From Candidatus Latescibacterota bacterium (GTDB lineage: Bacteria; Latescibacterota; UBA2968; GCA-2709665), in contig OZ220733.1 in NCBI GenBank assembly GCA_965116875.1, positions 4,480,001-4,544,000 of the forward strand: a stretch of DNA of 64,000 nucleotides, read 5' to 3'. Shown piece by piece: positions 38,314 through 48,504 of the stretch. The notes under the pieces were generated by a model. It ran no database searches. It was not told the DNA's origin and saw only the letters and a list, made by a program, of their open reading frames with translations. The number at the start of each line of letters is the position of its first letter. Within the stretch, counting starts at the first letter, position 1. The position numbers and the translations under genes were made by a program.

Positions 38314-41300
38314 TCAATTGAAGCGGATTTCTCCCCATACCTTGAATTCCCAGACCCTGTTGTTCAGGTCCCGGAGCTTGTCCTTCCGGTTTTCATGTCG
38401 AAGGCGGGTCCCTCCCGTAAACTTGCTGCTGAACTGATACTGACCTGCAAGGCTGGAGTGCCAGCGATCTTCGCTCTGGCGCACCACAGCCTGTTCAGTT
38501 TCGGTGGCGTCCGCGCTTCGGGGAATCTCCCGTTTGAGGCTTGTGTTGGTGCCGTACTCCAGGGTGAGGTCCAGGTTGCTTTGCAGTTTCCGGACGAACT
38601 TCGAGCTGAGTGAATATCTGAGGGATGCCGTGAACTGGGACGTTTCTGTAATGGTGGTTCCAATCTGGCGCTCCTCCAGCGTCGGCTGCGCCAGGGTCGT
38701 GTCGGCCGCCACGTTACGCTGGTACCTGATGTCGCTCTGACGACTGCGGTTTCTGCGGAGATTCGTACTCATTCTGTTCTTCCACCGGGCCTGCCACGCG
38801 ACGAGAGGCCTGAACTCCGTTCTCCGGGTATCGTTGGTCAGGACGTGGTCATCCAGCCCCCCGTCGCCCCTGAAGGTGCGGTTTGTCTTGTAGTTGAAGC
38901 TGAGATTGGAACTGGTGAACAACCATCTCAGAACCGGAAGTTCACCAAGGCCGCGCCAGTTTATGCCAAATTCCGGGAATTCCAGTTTCTGTTCCTCCGT
39001 ATTGGCGTTACCAAAACTCCTCGTATGATTGAACGTCAGATTGGTACTGCCCCGAAAGCCGGCCGGAAGGCGAACGCCGCCCTTGACAATCGCATTATCG
39101 GTGATGTTTCTGGTGTTCACACGTGTGACGCCCCCCGAACCGTAACGGGGCGACGTCGTGGTGTCGGTGATCCCGAGCTGGAACTTCAATGCGGGTCGAC
39201 GTCTCAGGCCGAAGAGATTGAACGTACGGTTGCGAAAGACGTTGACCTGAACGAGTTCCAATGATCCGCCCAGTCTCCCAATTAGCCGGACCACGGAAAA
39301 CCCGGTCCGGTCCTTCGACGGACGTGCGAGAGGACGAAATAGTCCGGGCACGTTCAGGCTGAACCTGCCGCCGACGCGGCTGGTGTTACCCACGGACAGA
39401 CCTCGGCGTTCGTTGCCTATGGGAGTACGCTGGCCTCCGGTTTCAAGTCGCTCACGATAGCGGGCGGAGTAGTCGGAATTGATGTTGAGCCACTTGGAGA
39501 CCCGGGGCGTGAAGTTGAAGCGCACCTCCTGATTTCGCGTGGTCTCGCGGCCAAACTGCAGTCTGGCGAAATCGAACGAATTCCTGAGGTCGCGGTTTAC
39601 CCCGAGGGAATAGTTGGCGTTCAGGCTCCGAAAGGGAGTCAGTTTTATAGCGAAACTCTCATTGACGTTGAAAGTCTCATTCAAGACCGCGATGACATCG
39701 GACGTATCGCCTTCGACGGCGGAGAAGGAGCGTCTGTTGATGTTCTTCCGGTCAAAACGCAGGTTATAACGAATTGTTGACGGGAGGTAGAAGAACCGGA
39801 CTTCCTCGAAAGTGGAACCCAGCCCCGGGATCCAGGTAAGGATTGTAACGCCTCTTTGTCTGGGCCAGCTGACGTCATAGCTGAAACTCCCGTTGAAATT
39901 ATGCTGTTTGTTGGACCGGCGACGCGTGATTGCGCCGCTGACCGCGTTGTTGGAAAGGAGGTTCAGTGACGCATTGATCCGGTCGAAGAAAAGCCTGGCG
40001 ATCCAGCGACGGTCTGTAGCCGCCGCACGTTTGCGCAGAGAGACATTGAACCGTGAGGAAGCGCGGACCGCGCTCTCCCGACTCTTCTGCTGTTCGGTCA
40101 GTACGATGTCTGAACCCTGTCGGATTCGGGGCACCGAGCCGTTCCGGAGGTAATTGAACCGGACCGGAATGACGGTGTTCCATCTGTCGGGCAGGAACTT
40201 GTTCAGATTGAACGAACCGTTCATGCTGACCTGGGTTGTCGTATTGCCCGTGGAACGTCCCTGAAGATCCTGGAAGTCGCCGCTCCTTCGTTCCAGATTC
40301 AGGCTCACGTTTCCCAGATCCGCCAGTGTGGTCTGAACGTTCAATAACATGGAGACGGCGTTTTTCTTGCGGATTCGATCGACGCGGAGTTCATCCAGCC
40401 AGATTTCGTTCTCTCCCTCCAGGGGGAATTCTCCCGTGTTTCTGACGCCGACCACGAAAGACTTGATTTTCGAAAGCGCCGGGTTGCCGCGCACGGTATA
40501 CGTTCCGCCGTGCAGTCGTGCGCGTATCTGACTGGCTTCACTGTCGTAGTCGGCCAGGATCTCTCCAGTAGGGAGGGAAATCCTCAGGGTGTCGGACGCC
40601 TGCCCGATGGCCTTGAAGTCCGTGAGCTTCGCCTTGATCTGCGACAGGACATCAAGCTCGATCTTGAACGTGTTGTTTTCCGGAGACCAGCCCCGGTAGA
40701 TGGGCTTCCTGAACTCATAGAAGTTGAGCGTGTCTTCGCCGATAGGTGAAAACCTTACAAAGAGTTCGATCGGGCTGAAGCTGCCGGCGACCGAATCGGG
40801 TCCGGCGGGAAAATTCGCCTCGTACGCGGGTGACGTGGGATTCCCGCCGTGTACGAACATGGTCATCAGACCGTATCGGGTATAATTCTGACCCTCGGTA
40901 AAGGTCCTCGACGCCGACATGCTCTCACCGGGAAACAGGTCTTCAAACCGGAGAACGAGAGACCGTTCGAGGAGTTGCCTTCCCGTCTGTGGATCGATCT
41001 CACGTTCGAGTCCGGGCGGAAGTTCATAGACCTGATTGTCGGTGCCGATGGTGGCAACCTTGAAGTCACCCGACTGTTGTCCCTCAGGGGATTCATCTTC
41101 GAGCCAGTCGCTTCCTACCGCGGCGATCGTGTAGATGTCGAGGGAGGTTGTATCGTCGTGTTCGATCCAGATTCGCGCGAAATCAAACACGCCGGCGAAG
41201 GTGGTATCCGGATTGCCTTCGACCGTGCGGGGCGCGTTGCCGCCGCGCAGGGGAATGCGCAACAGCCTCCAGGGCCTGTCGGAGGGATCGGACTGGCTGC

Positions 41301-44300
41301 CCACGACGAGCACGGAAGGGCCGTCGTACTCGCCGGTCAGCGGGTTCCAGCCCCGATCCGACGCCAGATCGACGCCGTAGTGCAGGTAGTGGTTTCGCGT
41401 GTCCAGGATGCCGTTTCGGTTGAGGTCTTCGGAGTCGGGTCTTTGTTCACGCTCGGGATTGTTGTTCTGGGTACCATTAATCCCCGCCGGGTACCGGAAA
41501 CGAAGATCCTCCTGCGCGTCGTCCACGTCCTTGAAGTTGTCGTCCGACGGATCGTCGGGTACTGTCACGCCGGGGTAGATCAGGCGAAAGACCGAATCTT
41601 CCTGGGCATCGGTCAGACCGTCAAGGCCGATGTCCTCTTCCGGAACGGCCACGTCATCGCCAGTGGGAAAACCGGGAAGGGGACGGTCTTCGGTGCGAAA
41701 CTGCCCGGCAGGCGGCGGGTTGAACGTCGCGTGGTCGAGCAGCAGACCCGCCCGCTCGGAGATCTCACCCAGATCGATATGCAGCCGGCCGGAATTCCCC
41801 CTGACCCAGAGCTCGATAAACTTGGACCGTGAGAAGTCCATGCCGAACAGGTAACTCGTAATGCCCGCCCAGGAGGTTTCCGGGAGGCCCCCGGCCGGGT
41901 TCCGCGAGGTCTCGGGAAAGCCGTTGGTGCGGTGCGGCTCGAATCGGACGCTGAGAACGTCGTCGATGATACTGCTTTCCACGGGAATGTCGTCGCGGCT
42001 CGGCTGAATCTCGTAGATGGTTATGCGGTCCCGGTCCACCAGATTGTACCAGGTGAGGCGTCCCTTCGGCAGTGAGAGGGGGAGTCCGTTCCGGGTTGGG
42101 AAGCTTCCCGCGGACCAGTCGAATTTAAACGTCGAAAACGACTTCCTGCTTTCGGCGCCCTCGAAATCATCGATGTACGCTACGTTCTTCGTATTCGGGT
42201 TGGGAAGGCTCTGGGCAATTTCCATGTCGACGTTAAGTGCCGATGGCGCCTCGGTGGAGACGAACGGCAGCCTGTTGGCGAAGTCGGTGAGGATCTGCGG
42301 CTTGAAGCGGAATCTGCCGTTCATATCCCAGATCAGGGTTCGCGCGGGCTCGTCGCCCACGCGGATCCGTTGCGTTCTGGCACTTTCGCTGCCGTAGAGA
42401 AGGCTGACCCCCACCATCGAGACGTTGTCTTTGAATGGGTGCTCCGCCCGGATGCCAAGAAGACTCTTCTGCCCGCCGCCCAGACCGAACTGGCTCTTGG
42501 AACGGTAGTTGATTGTCAGGTTGGCGGATGGGTCGGCCGCGAGATCCGCGGCCTCGCCGATCAGATTAATGTCACCGCTTACATATTGGATGTCGTAGTC
42601 CCGGCCGCGGGTCAGCCGCTGGGTGTTCAACAGCACCTCCTCGCTGTTTTCGATCACACCAAATCCCAGATTGAATTTGGTGGCCCTGCTCTGCGATCGG
42701 ATCCGCAGGAAATATTGTCCCTTCTGGGCGCGGGTGGTGTTGTTGGTCGTGTTGTAGATCTCGGGCACGCGGGCGTCGTCCGCCAGCGTCTCCGCGCCGA
42801 CACCGCGTTCACCGAACGGCTCGAGGTCCGGAAATACGAGGTGGCCGGTCAGCAGATTGAGTCCGGGCAGATTCGTGCCACCGTCGATGTCGATGAGATT
42901 GTCGGGAGGAGAGGATTCCGAAGCGCCGTTTGTATGTCTGTCCAGTCCGAAGATCTGAAGGTAGGGGGTGCCGCCCTGGTTGTCCACCGCCTCCTGGCCG
43001 GGGACGTCTCTGAGGATCTCCAGTTCGAAACCCTCAGGTTCGATGTTCCGGTCTCCGAGGAAATACACGTTTCGCCACGCCAGGTCCCACGTTGGAAATT
43101 CCGGCCTTTGCTGGCGGGCGTGTATGAGTTTCAGTCTGATCTTCGTTTCCGGATCTGAGGGATTCTGGATGAAATTGAGGTCCCCGAAGACCCGGCCGTC
43201 GGCCGTGCGGTACGCAACGGCAAGGGTGTGACTTCGCTGGACTCTCCTGACGGTCATGATCAGATACCCTCTGGCGTCAACCAGAAATTCGGAGCGGTCC
43301 AGTTCGTGAAAAAACCCCTCTTCGATGCCTCCGCTTTGCGCGCCATCCGCACCGGCATCCGGCTCCGGAGCCGCTCCGCCCGTCCAGTATGCGTAAGCGG
43401 ATCCACGGCCTGCGCGCTGTTCAATATCATTGCGATCGTTGAAGTCATTAAGAAAGACCCGGACGGAGTTGATGTCCACGAGGTCCGGTCGAGCGGGTTC
43501 GTCGGGGAAACTCCTTCGATATACCTGGTCGAGAAAGAAGTACCGGTTTTCTTCGTAATCGTAGTCGCTGATTCTGTGTGCGATCTCCTCAGCCTGACCC
43601 TGGAAGGATTTCCGGTTGCTGGCGCCACGGTCGTGGCTCGTGACCACCGTTACGTCCAATCCGCCCAGTCGCCCACGGCCTTTGATGCCGAACAAACCGC
43701 TTGGGTTGGACGAACTGAAGCCGACCAGTCGGGTACCCGGCAGGCTGAGGGAGGTACGGCCCGCCTCAATCTCCTGGATGATATCGTCTTCGTCTCCATC
43801 GTAGCGAAATTGAAGGGACTCGCTGATATCCGTCTGACCGCGACTGTCCTGCTGCAGATTCAGTGAAATGCGGTCGCCGATCGTACCCTGCACGTTTAAC
43901 TGGGATTCCTGCTCGAAGTTTACGGTAAAGCCCTCGGCTGCGCGCGCGCGGACGGTCTGTGCCTGCCCGCCCACGGTGGTATTCCTCCCTGACAGATCGA
44001 TACGCCGCGATCCGGTGATTTTGATATTGGTGTCGCCTTCACCGGTAATGACACTCAATGCCTTGGGCACATTGACCGGTATCTTGATATCCACGAGCGC
44101 TCCGCCCATATCCCGGCGGGTCCGCACGGGAAGACTGAGTTTTTCCGCAACCACGCGACGGAAGTCAGCGTCGAATTTGTATGCGGACAGACCCTTTATG
44201 GTGATGACCGCGGGAATGCCATGGACGACTTCGCCTGCAGCGCGATACACCATGAGTGTACCCGTATCCGTGTTGAGCAGTCGGGTGACCGTCTGGGTGA

Positions 44301-44577
44301 ACTGCCGCCGCTGTCGAAAGAGTGGCTGAAAGGCGGTGGAACGGGAATACGTCAGCTTGACCGGAGAACGATGAAAGACGTGCGCGGGGGTTTTTCCGAA
44401 AGAGAGTTGGATGCCCGGTTCGGCGTGGAGCCTGGCCGAATCGGACAAAAGACTCGTGCTGAGCGCAAAAGCGAGGATCGCGGGAAGCGGAAGCGTCGTT
44501 CCCCGTTGTGATTCTCTGGAGATGTATGGGATCTGCATGCGTGAATTGGCGTGGCTTGTTCGAGGACGGCCCTGCAC
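38314..44577 (-). CDS. sprA: SprA/Sov-like giant outer-membrane beta-barrel (T9SS translocon family)
   Basis: About 2080 aa. YDGDEDDIIQEIEAG..SLSLP, GLFGIK, AYIDDFEG, LHIDLGEISE, EDIGLDG, PDSEDLNRNG, IWLDELR; beta-strand-rich C-terminus ending IRFN. Start uncertain (44577 or 44538). Confidence 0.88.
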   Translation of the reverse strand: MQGRPRTSHANSRMQIPYISRESQRGTTLPLPAILAFALSTSLLSDSARLHAEPGIQLSFGKTPAHVFHRSPVKLTYSRSTAFQPLFRQRRQFTQTVTRLLNTDTGTLMVYRAAGEVVHGIPAVITIKGLSAYKFDADFRRVVAEKLSLPVRTRRDMGGALVDIKIPVNVPKALSVITGEGDTNIKITGSRRIDLSGRNTTVGGQAQTVRARAAEGFTVNFEQESQLNVQGTIGDRISLNLQQDSRGQTDISESLQFRYDGDEDDIIQEIEAGRTSLSLPGTRLVGFSSSNPSGLFGIKGRGRLGGLDVTVVTSHDRGASNRKSFQGQAEEIAHRISDYDYEENRYFFLDQVYRRSFPDEPARPDLVDINSVRVFLNDFNDRNDIEQRAGRGSAYAYWTGGAAPEPDAGADGAQSGGIEEGFFHELDRSEFLVDARGYLIMTVRRVQRSHTLAVAYRTADGRVFGDLNFIQNPSDPETKIRLKLIHARQQRPEFPTWDLAWRNVYFLGDRNIEPEGFELEILRDVPGQEAVDNQGGTPYLQIFGLDRHTNGASESSPPDNLIDIDGGTNLPGLNLLTGHLVFPDLEPFGERGVGAETLADDARVPEIYNTTNNTTRAQKGQYFLRIRSQSRATKFNLGFGVIENSEEVLLNTQRLTRGRDYDIQYVSGDINLIGEAADLAADPSANLTINYRSKSQFGLGGGQKSLLGIRAEHPFKDNVSMVGVSLLYGSESARTQRIRVGDEPARTLIWDMNGRFRFKPQILTDFANRLPFVSTEAPSALNVDMEIAQSLPNPNTKNVAYIDDFEGAESRKSFSTFKFDWSAGSFPTRNGLPLSLPKGRLTWYNLVDRDRITIYEIQPSRDDIPVESSIIDDVLSVRFEPHRTNGFPETSRNPAGGLPETSWAGITSYLFGMDFSRSKFIELWVRGNSGRLHIDLGEISERAGLLLDHATFNPPPAGQFRTEDRPLPGFPTGDDVAVPEEDIGLDGLTDAQEDSVFRLIYPGVTVPDDPSDDNFKDVDDAQEDLRFRYPAGINGTQNNNPEREQRPDSEDLNRNGILDTRNHYLHYGVDLASDRGWNPLTGEYDGPSVLVVGSQSDPSDRPWRLLRIPLRGGNAPRTVEGNPDTTFAGVFDFARIWIEHDDTTSLDIYTIAAVGSDWLEDESPEGQQSGDFKVATIGTDNQVYELPPGLEREIDPQTGRQLLERSLVLRFEDLFPGESMSASRTFTEGQNYTRYGLMTMFVHGGNPTSPAYEANFPAGPDSVAGSFSPIELFVRFSPIGEDTLNFYEFRKPIYRGWSPENNTFKIELDVLSQIKAKLTDFKAIGQASDTLRISLPTGEILADYDSEASQIRARLHGGTYTVRGNPALSKIKSFVVGVRNTGEFPLEGENEIWLDELRVDRIRKKNAVSMLLNVQTTLADLGNVSLNLERRSGDFQDLQGRSTGNTTTQVSMNGSFNLNKFLPDRWNTVIPVRFNYLRNGSVPRIRQGSDIVLTEQQKSRESAVRASSRFNVSLRKRAAATDRRWIARLFFDRINASLNLLSNNAVSGAITRRRSNKQHNFNGSFSYDVSWPRQRGVTILTWIPGLGSTFEEVRFFYLPSTIRYNLRFDRKNINRRSFSAVEGDTSDVIAVLNETFNVNESFAIKLTPFRSLNANYSLGVNRDLRNSFDFARLQFGRETTRNQEVRFNFTPRVSKWLNINSDYSARYRERLETGGQRTPIGNERRGLSVGNTSRVGGRFSLNVPGLFRPLARPSKDRTGFSVVRLIGRLGGSLELVQVNVFRNRTFNLFGLRRRPALKFQLGITDTTTSPRYGSGGVTRVNTRNITDNAIVKGGVRLPAGFRGSTNLTFNHTRSFGNANTEEQKLEFPEFGINWRGLGELPVLRWLFTSSNLSFNYKTNRTFRGDGGLDDHVLTNDTRRTEFRPLVAWQARWKNRMSTNLRRNRSRQSDIRYQRNVAADTTLAQPTLEERQIGTTITETSQFTASLRYSLSSKFVRKLQSNLDLTLEYGTNTSLKREIPRSADATETEQAVVRQSEDRWHSSLAGQYQFSSKFTGGTRLRHENRKDKLRDLNNRVWEFKVWGEIRFN

Positions 44578-44828
44578 GTCGTGGTCAGGAGTAAGGCGTC
44601 AAACTAATAATACCGAACACGGTGTTAAAGATCAAGGGAAAATCCGAACAGGATGATTCATACATAACAAAATTAAAAACAATTAGTTAAAAAGAAAAAT
44701 CTACATGCCGCACAGGCGACGGGTCCAGAAAGAGCTTCCGAAGAAGAAAAATTCCGGTATATTCTTGCGTCTTTCCGTGTCAGGATCTTTAACTCTTTAG
44801 AAAACACACGGTTCCATGGAGATGGGGC

Positions 44829-46127
44829 ATGGTGCTGTCCAGGTACGTGTTGAAGGAGCATGTCGTGCCGTTTGCGTTCGGTTTCTCCGTGATCATGTTT
44901 CTCCTGGTCATTGACCTCATCCTCCAGAAGATGGACCTCATACTCGGCAAGGGCATCGCACCGGGTGTGGTCCTGGAACTGTTTCTGTTGAATACCGCGT
45001 GGATGATCGCCCTGGCAGTCCCTATGGCGGTACTGGTCGCCACGCTGATGGCTTTCGGCCGGCTGAGCGCCGACGGTGAGATTTCGGCCATGCAGGCGCT
45101 TGGAATCGGTGTCTACCGTGTAATACTTCCGGTATTCCTGACCGGTGCAACGCTGGCGATCGGACTGGTTGTCTTCAATGACAGGATACTGCCTGAATTC
45201 AACTACCGTGCCCGATTGCTGATGGGAGACATTCAGCGAAAGCGCCCCACGGTGGCGCTGGAGGATCGGAGCGGTATCTTCATTCAGGATTTCGCCAATT
45301 ACAGGATTCTGATCGGTGATATCGACAGACGGACTTCAAACCTGAAGGATGTTCTGATATACAAGTACGAAGCCGGAGGGTATCCGGTATCCATTGCGGC
45401 CGAATCCGGCCAGGTTCGAATTGACAGCGAGAGTGACGAGGCGCTGGTAACGCTGGAGAACGGTGAATGGCATCGGGTGGACAGGGCGGACACCGACGTC
45501 TATATCAGAGCGCGTTTCCGAAAAAAAAACCTGCGCCTCGGAGAAGCCGGTCGACAACTGATACGCACGATGTCCCATTACCGGACGGACAGGGAGATGG
45601 GCTTGAACGCGATGATGGAAAAGGTGGATGCGTACCATCGGGAGGCGTCTGCATTGCAGGCCGAAGCCGCTGACAGCGCAGGTGCCGCGCTGGGGCGGAT
45701 GCTTTTCGGGCCCGGCGCCGAACGCCGTCCCTTTGGAATCGTCTCGGACCTGGCCATGAAATTACGAACTGACGCCGCGATTGGGCATCACAAACTCCGG
45801 CAGGCGGACCGGTACCGGGTTGAGATCCACAAAAAACTCTCGATTCCTGTTGCATGTATTGTCTTCGTTGTCATAGGCGCCCCGCTCGGAATACGGGTAC
45901 GAGGGAGCAGTCCCGCTGTCGGGGCAGGAATCAGTATCGGTTTCTTTCTTCTGTGGTGGCTTTGCCTGATCAGCGGGGAAACGCTGGCTGATCGCGGATA
46001 TGTCCCGCCGTGGGTTGCCATGTGGAGCCCCAACTTCATTGTACTCGCCTGCGGTTCATGGCTCGTATTCGGAACGGTGCTCGGGTTGCGTTTCGGTGAG
46101 TGGAGGAGGCGTTTTTGCGCATCTTGA
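44829..46127 (+). CDS. lptF: LPS export permease LptF
   Basis: LSRYVLKE, GRLSADGEISAMQALGI, EIHKKLSIP, WSPN. Confidence 0.85.
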   Translation: MVLSRYVLKEHVVPFAFGFSVIMFLLVIDLILQKMDLILGKGIAPGVVLELFLLNTAWMIALAVPMAVLVATLMAFGRLSADGEISAMQALGIGVYRVILPVFLTGATLAIGLVVFNDRILPEFNYRARLLMGDIQRKRPTVALEDRSGIFIQDFANYRILIGDIDRRTSNLKDVLIYKYEAGGYPVSIAAESGQVRIDSESDEALVTLENGEWHRVDRADTDVYIRARFRKKNLRLGEAGRQLIRTMSHYRTDREMGLNAMMEKVDAYHREASALQAEAADSAGAALGRMLFGPGAERRPFGIVSDLAMKLRTDAAIGHHKLRQADRYRVEIHKKLSIPVACIVFVVIGAPLGIRVRGSSPAVGAGISIGFFLLWWLCLISGETLADRGYVPPWVAMWSPNFIVLACGSWLVFGTVLGLRFGEWRRRFCAS

Positions 46128-47185
46128 GCCGATATGTACAGAAACAGTTTTTCGTATTCCTGGTTTTGTGTTTTTCAGGATTCCTGGCCGTTTTCATCGT
46201 TGTGGACCTCGCCGGCAGGCTCAGCGGCTTCATAGACAGCGGCGTGAGCGGCGGCACGATATTCGTTTACTATGCGCTCTCCACACCTTATATGGGTATC
46301 CTTATCTTGCCGATGGCGATGTTGCTGGCCAGCCTTTTCTGTTTTGGCAATCTCGCGCGCTTCGGCGAGCTTGCCGCGATGAAATCGGCGGGCATCTCGC
46401 TCTACAGCATCGCCGCGCCCGTTCTGGGGGCCGCTCTTTTCGTGTGTACCGCATCGTTCTTTCTGACCGACCGGGTCATGCCGGGAGCAAACCGGAAACG
46501 CGCGGCAATTGTCGAGGGCAAACGCCGGACCGTCTTTGCGCCGATTGTGTCCCAGGTTGTCCTTCAGGACGTCGACGGACAGATTCTATCCGTTGCCACC
46601 TACTTCCGCAATGAAGCGCGCGGGGAGCAGGTGACGCTGGACAGGTATGACGGGATGCGCCTGGTCGAAAAGTTGCGTGCCGAGGAAATGCGTTGGCAGC
46701 GCGGGCGATGGACGTTTCTGCGTGGCGAAGTGAGAAGGTTTTCAGAAGGTGGCGGAGAACAGGTTACCCGGTTCGGATTCATGCCGGCGCGCGACGTCAC
46801 CCTCACGCCTGAAGACCTCAGCCGGGACGTTCGTTCGGCGGATGAGCTGAGTTTTTCCGAACTCACCGCGCTTATTGAGCGAAAGCGGCGAATGGGCGAT
46901 GACGTCGTCCGGGTTCAGGTCGCACGTTACATGCGCGTTTCATTTCCATTCACAGGGTTTGTTATGGCTTTATTTGGTATTTCACTCTCGTCCCGTACGC
47001 AGCGCGCGGGCAAGCCCCTTCTCGTAGGAATCTGTCTATTGATCTCGTTTGTCTATTATGGGTGCATCCAGGCAGGTCGGGTCATGGGCTGGAACGGAAT
47101 CCTGCCGCCGTTCTCGAGCGCGTGGGCCGCCAATTTTCTGTTTATGGGTCTGGGCGCGGTTCTTCTGATCCGGACCCGAAGGTAG
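46115..47185 (+). CDS. lptG: LPS export permease LptG
   Basis: MRILSRY (TTG after GGAGGAGG), GELAAMKSAGISL, WAAN. Confidence 0.85.
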   Translation: MRILSRYVQKQFFVFLVLCFSGFLAVFIVVDLAGRLSGFIDSGVSGGTIFVYYALSTPYMGILILPMAMLLASLFCFGNLARFGELAAMKSAGISLYSIAAPVLGAALFVCTASFFLTDRVMPGANRKRAAIVEGKRRTVFAPIVSQVVLQDVDGQILSVATYFRNEARGEQVTLDRYDGMRLVEKLRAEEMRWQRGRWTFLRGEVRRFSEGGGEQVTRFGFMPARDVTLTPEDLSRDVRSADELSFSELTALIERKRRMGDDVVRVQVARYMRVSFPFTGFVMALFGISLSSRTQRAGKPLLVGICLLISFVYYGCIQAGRVMGWNGILPPFSSAWAANFLFMGLGAVLLIRTRR

Positions 47186-47206
47186 ATGCCCGGACGCCGG
47201 GTACAC

Positions 47207-47240
47207 AAAAAGAGGACACATTGACAATGCGTCCTCTTTT
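47207..47240. terminator. Bidirectional terminator between lptG and the M23 gene
   Basis: AAAAGAGGAC...GTCCTCTTTT inverted repeat between convergent genes. Confidence 0.75.
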
Positions 47241-47270
47241 GGAATCATATTGGCAGTAAATCCTGGTATC

Positions 47271-48245
47271 CTAGTATCGCGAGAGACGATGCCTCCGGTT
47301 TTTCTGATTGTGGATGAACTTTCGAGGATTCATCGGGTGTTCCTTGTTCCCGTCCCTCTTCGTCACGGCATAATGCAGATGCGGCGCCGTCGCACGTCCG
47401 GATCTTCCCATTCTGCCAACCACCTGCCCGCGTTTCACGACCTGACCCACGCCAAGCGACGGTTTCTTCACGAGATGGGCGTACAGCGTGCGATAATCCG
47501 TGCCGTGGTCGATGGATATGTACCAGCCGAGATACCTGTCTTTGCCGACGGACTCCACCCGTCCGTTGGCCGTGGCCAGAATCTTCGTACCGGATCGACC
47601 GGCAATGTCGATGCCTTTATGAAACTGTCTGGCGCCGGTAAAGGGATTGGTCCGATAGCCGAAGCCCGAGGAAATCCAGCATCCGGACTCCGGGGGTACC
47701 GGAAGTATGGAAGGTGTATGCAGGCGGGCGATCTCGTTTTGATTGAGGATTGAGTAGATATGCTCGAAACTGGCTTCGAGAAAGCGGGCTTCCCGCAAAA
47801 GCTGGTCCACGTCGGTATTCGCCCTCGTCAACCTCTTGCCGATGTCGCCAGTCACCTGGCCATCCCACTCCGGCGCACCCGTGTCATATCCACCCACGCC
47901 CATTTTCCGCACCTCGTCGCCCGGTTCGGCCAGATTGACCCAGGTGCGGAACATGCGGTCCATTTCCGTAAGGTCGTTTACATCATCCCGCAGCCCTTCC
48001 ATTTTTTGCTGCAATCGGCTGACCTGTTTTCTGAGCACGGAATTCTCGGACGTCAGCGCGAGAAGCTCTGTTTCCTGATGCCGGTTTACGAAATAACCCA
48101 GTGCATAAAAAATGACGGCGAGGGCAAGACACCCGAACAGAAACGCGGCCCCAAGCCCCCAAACGGTGGGGCGAGAGGCCCGGACCTGGCGCATCTGATC
48201 TCTATTATGGGGTATGACCATCAGCGTCAGGTTTCTCTTCCACAT
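47271..48245 (-). CDS. M23 family metallopeptidase with transmembrane segment and coiled coil
   Basis: ISSGFGYR, HKGIDIA (HxxxD), YAHL, PHLHY (HxH). Confidence 0.92.
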   Translation of the reverse strand: MWKRNLTLMVIPHNRDQMRQVRASRPTVWGLGAAFLFGCLALAVIFYALGYFVNRHQETELLALTSENSVLRKQVSRLQQKMEGLRDDVNDLTEMDRMFRTWVNLAEPGDEVRKMGVGGYDTGAPEWDGQVTGDIGKRLTRANTDVDQLLREARFLEASFEHIYSILNQNEIARLHTPSILPVPPESGCWISSGFGYRTNPFTGARQFHKGIDIAGRSGTKILATANGRVESVGKDRYLGWYISIDHGTDYRTLYAHLVKKPSLGVGQVVKRGQVVGRMGRSGRATAPHLHYAVTKRDGNKEHPMNPRKFIHNQKNRRHRLSRY

Positions 48246-48504
48246 AGACGAAACCTTTCGTTGGTGGATTTTACAGCCAAAAACAGCCTGTATCCTGAGT
48301 ATTGTCTGACAGTGCAGAATTAACGACTTTTCCGGAATTAAGTCAAGGCAAAACGAAACCGATCAGAGTCGTGCCGCGTACCCTCCTCCCGGCGCATATC
48401 GTTCTGACGGAACGATCCGAGCGCCGGCGTTCCGTAGGGCGACGACCTGTCCGGGCGGTACCATTCGACCATTTGAAGGAGATCGATTCGGACAGCGATG
48501 TTGA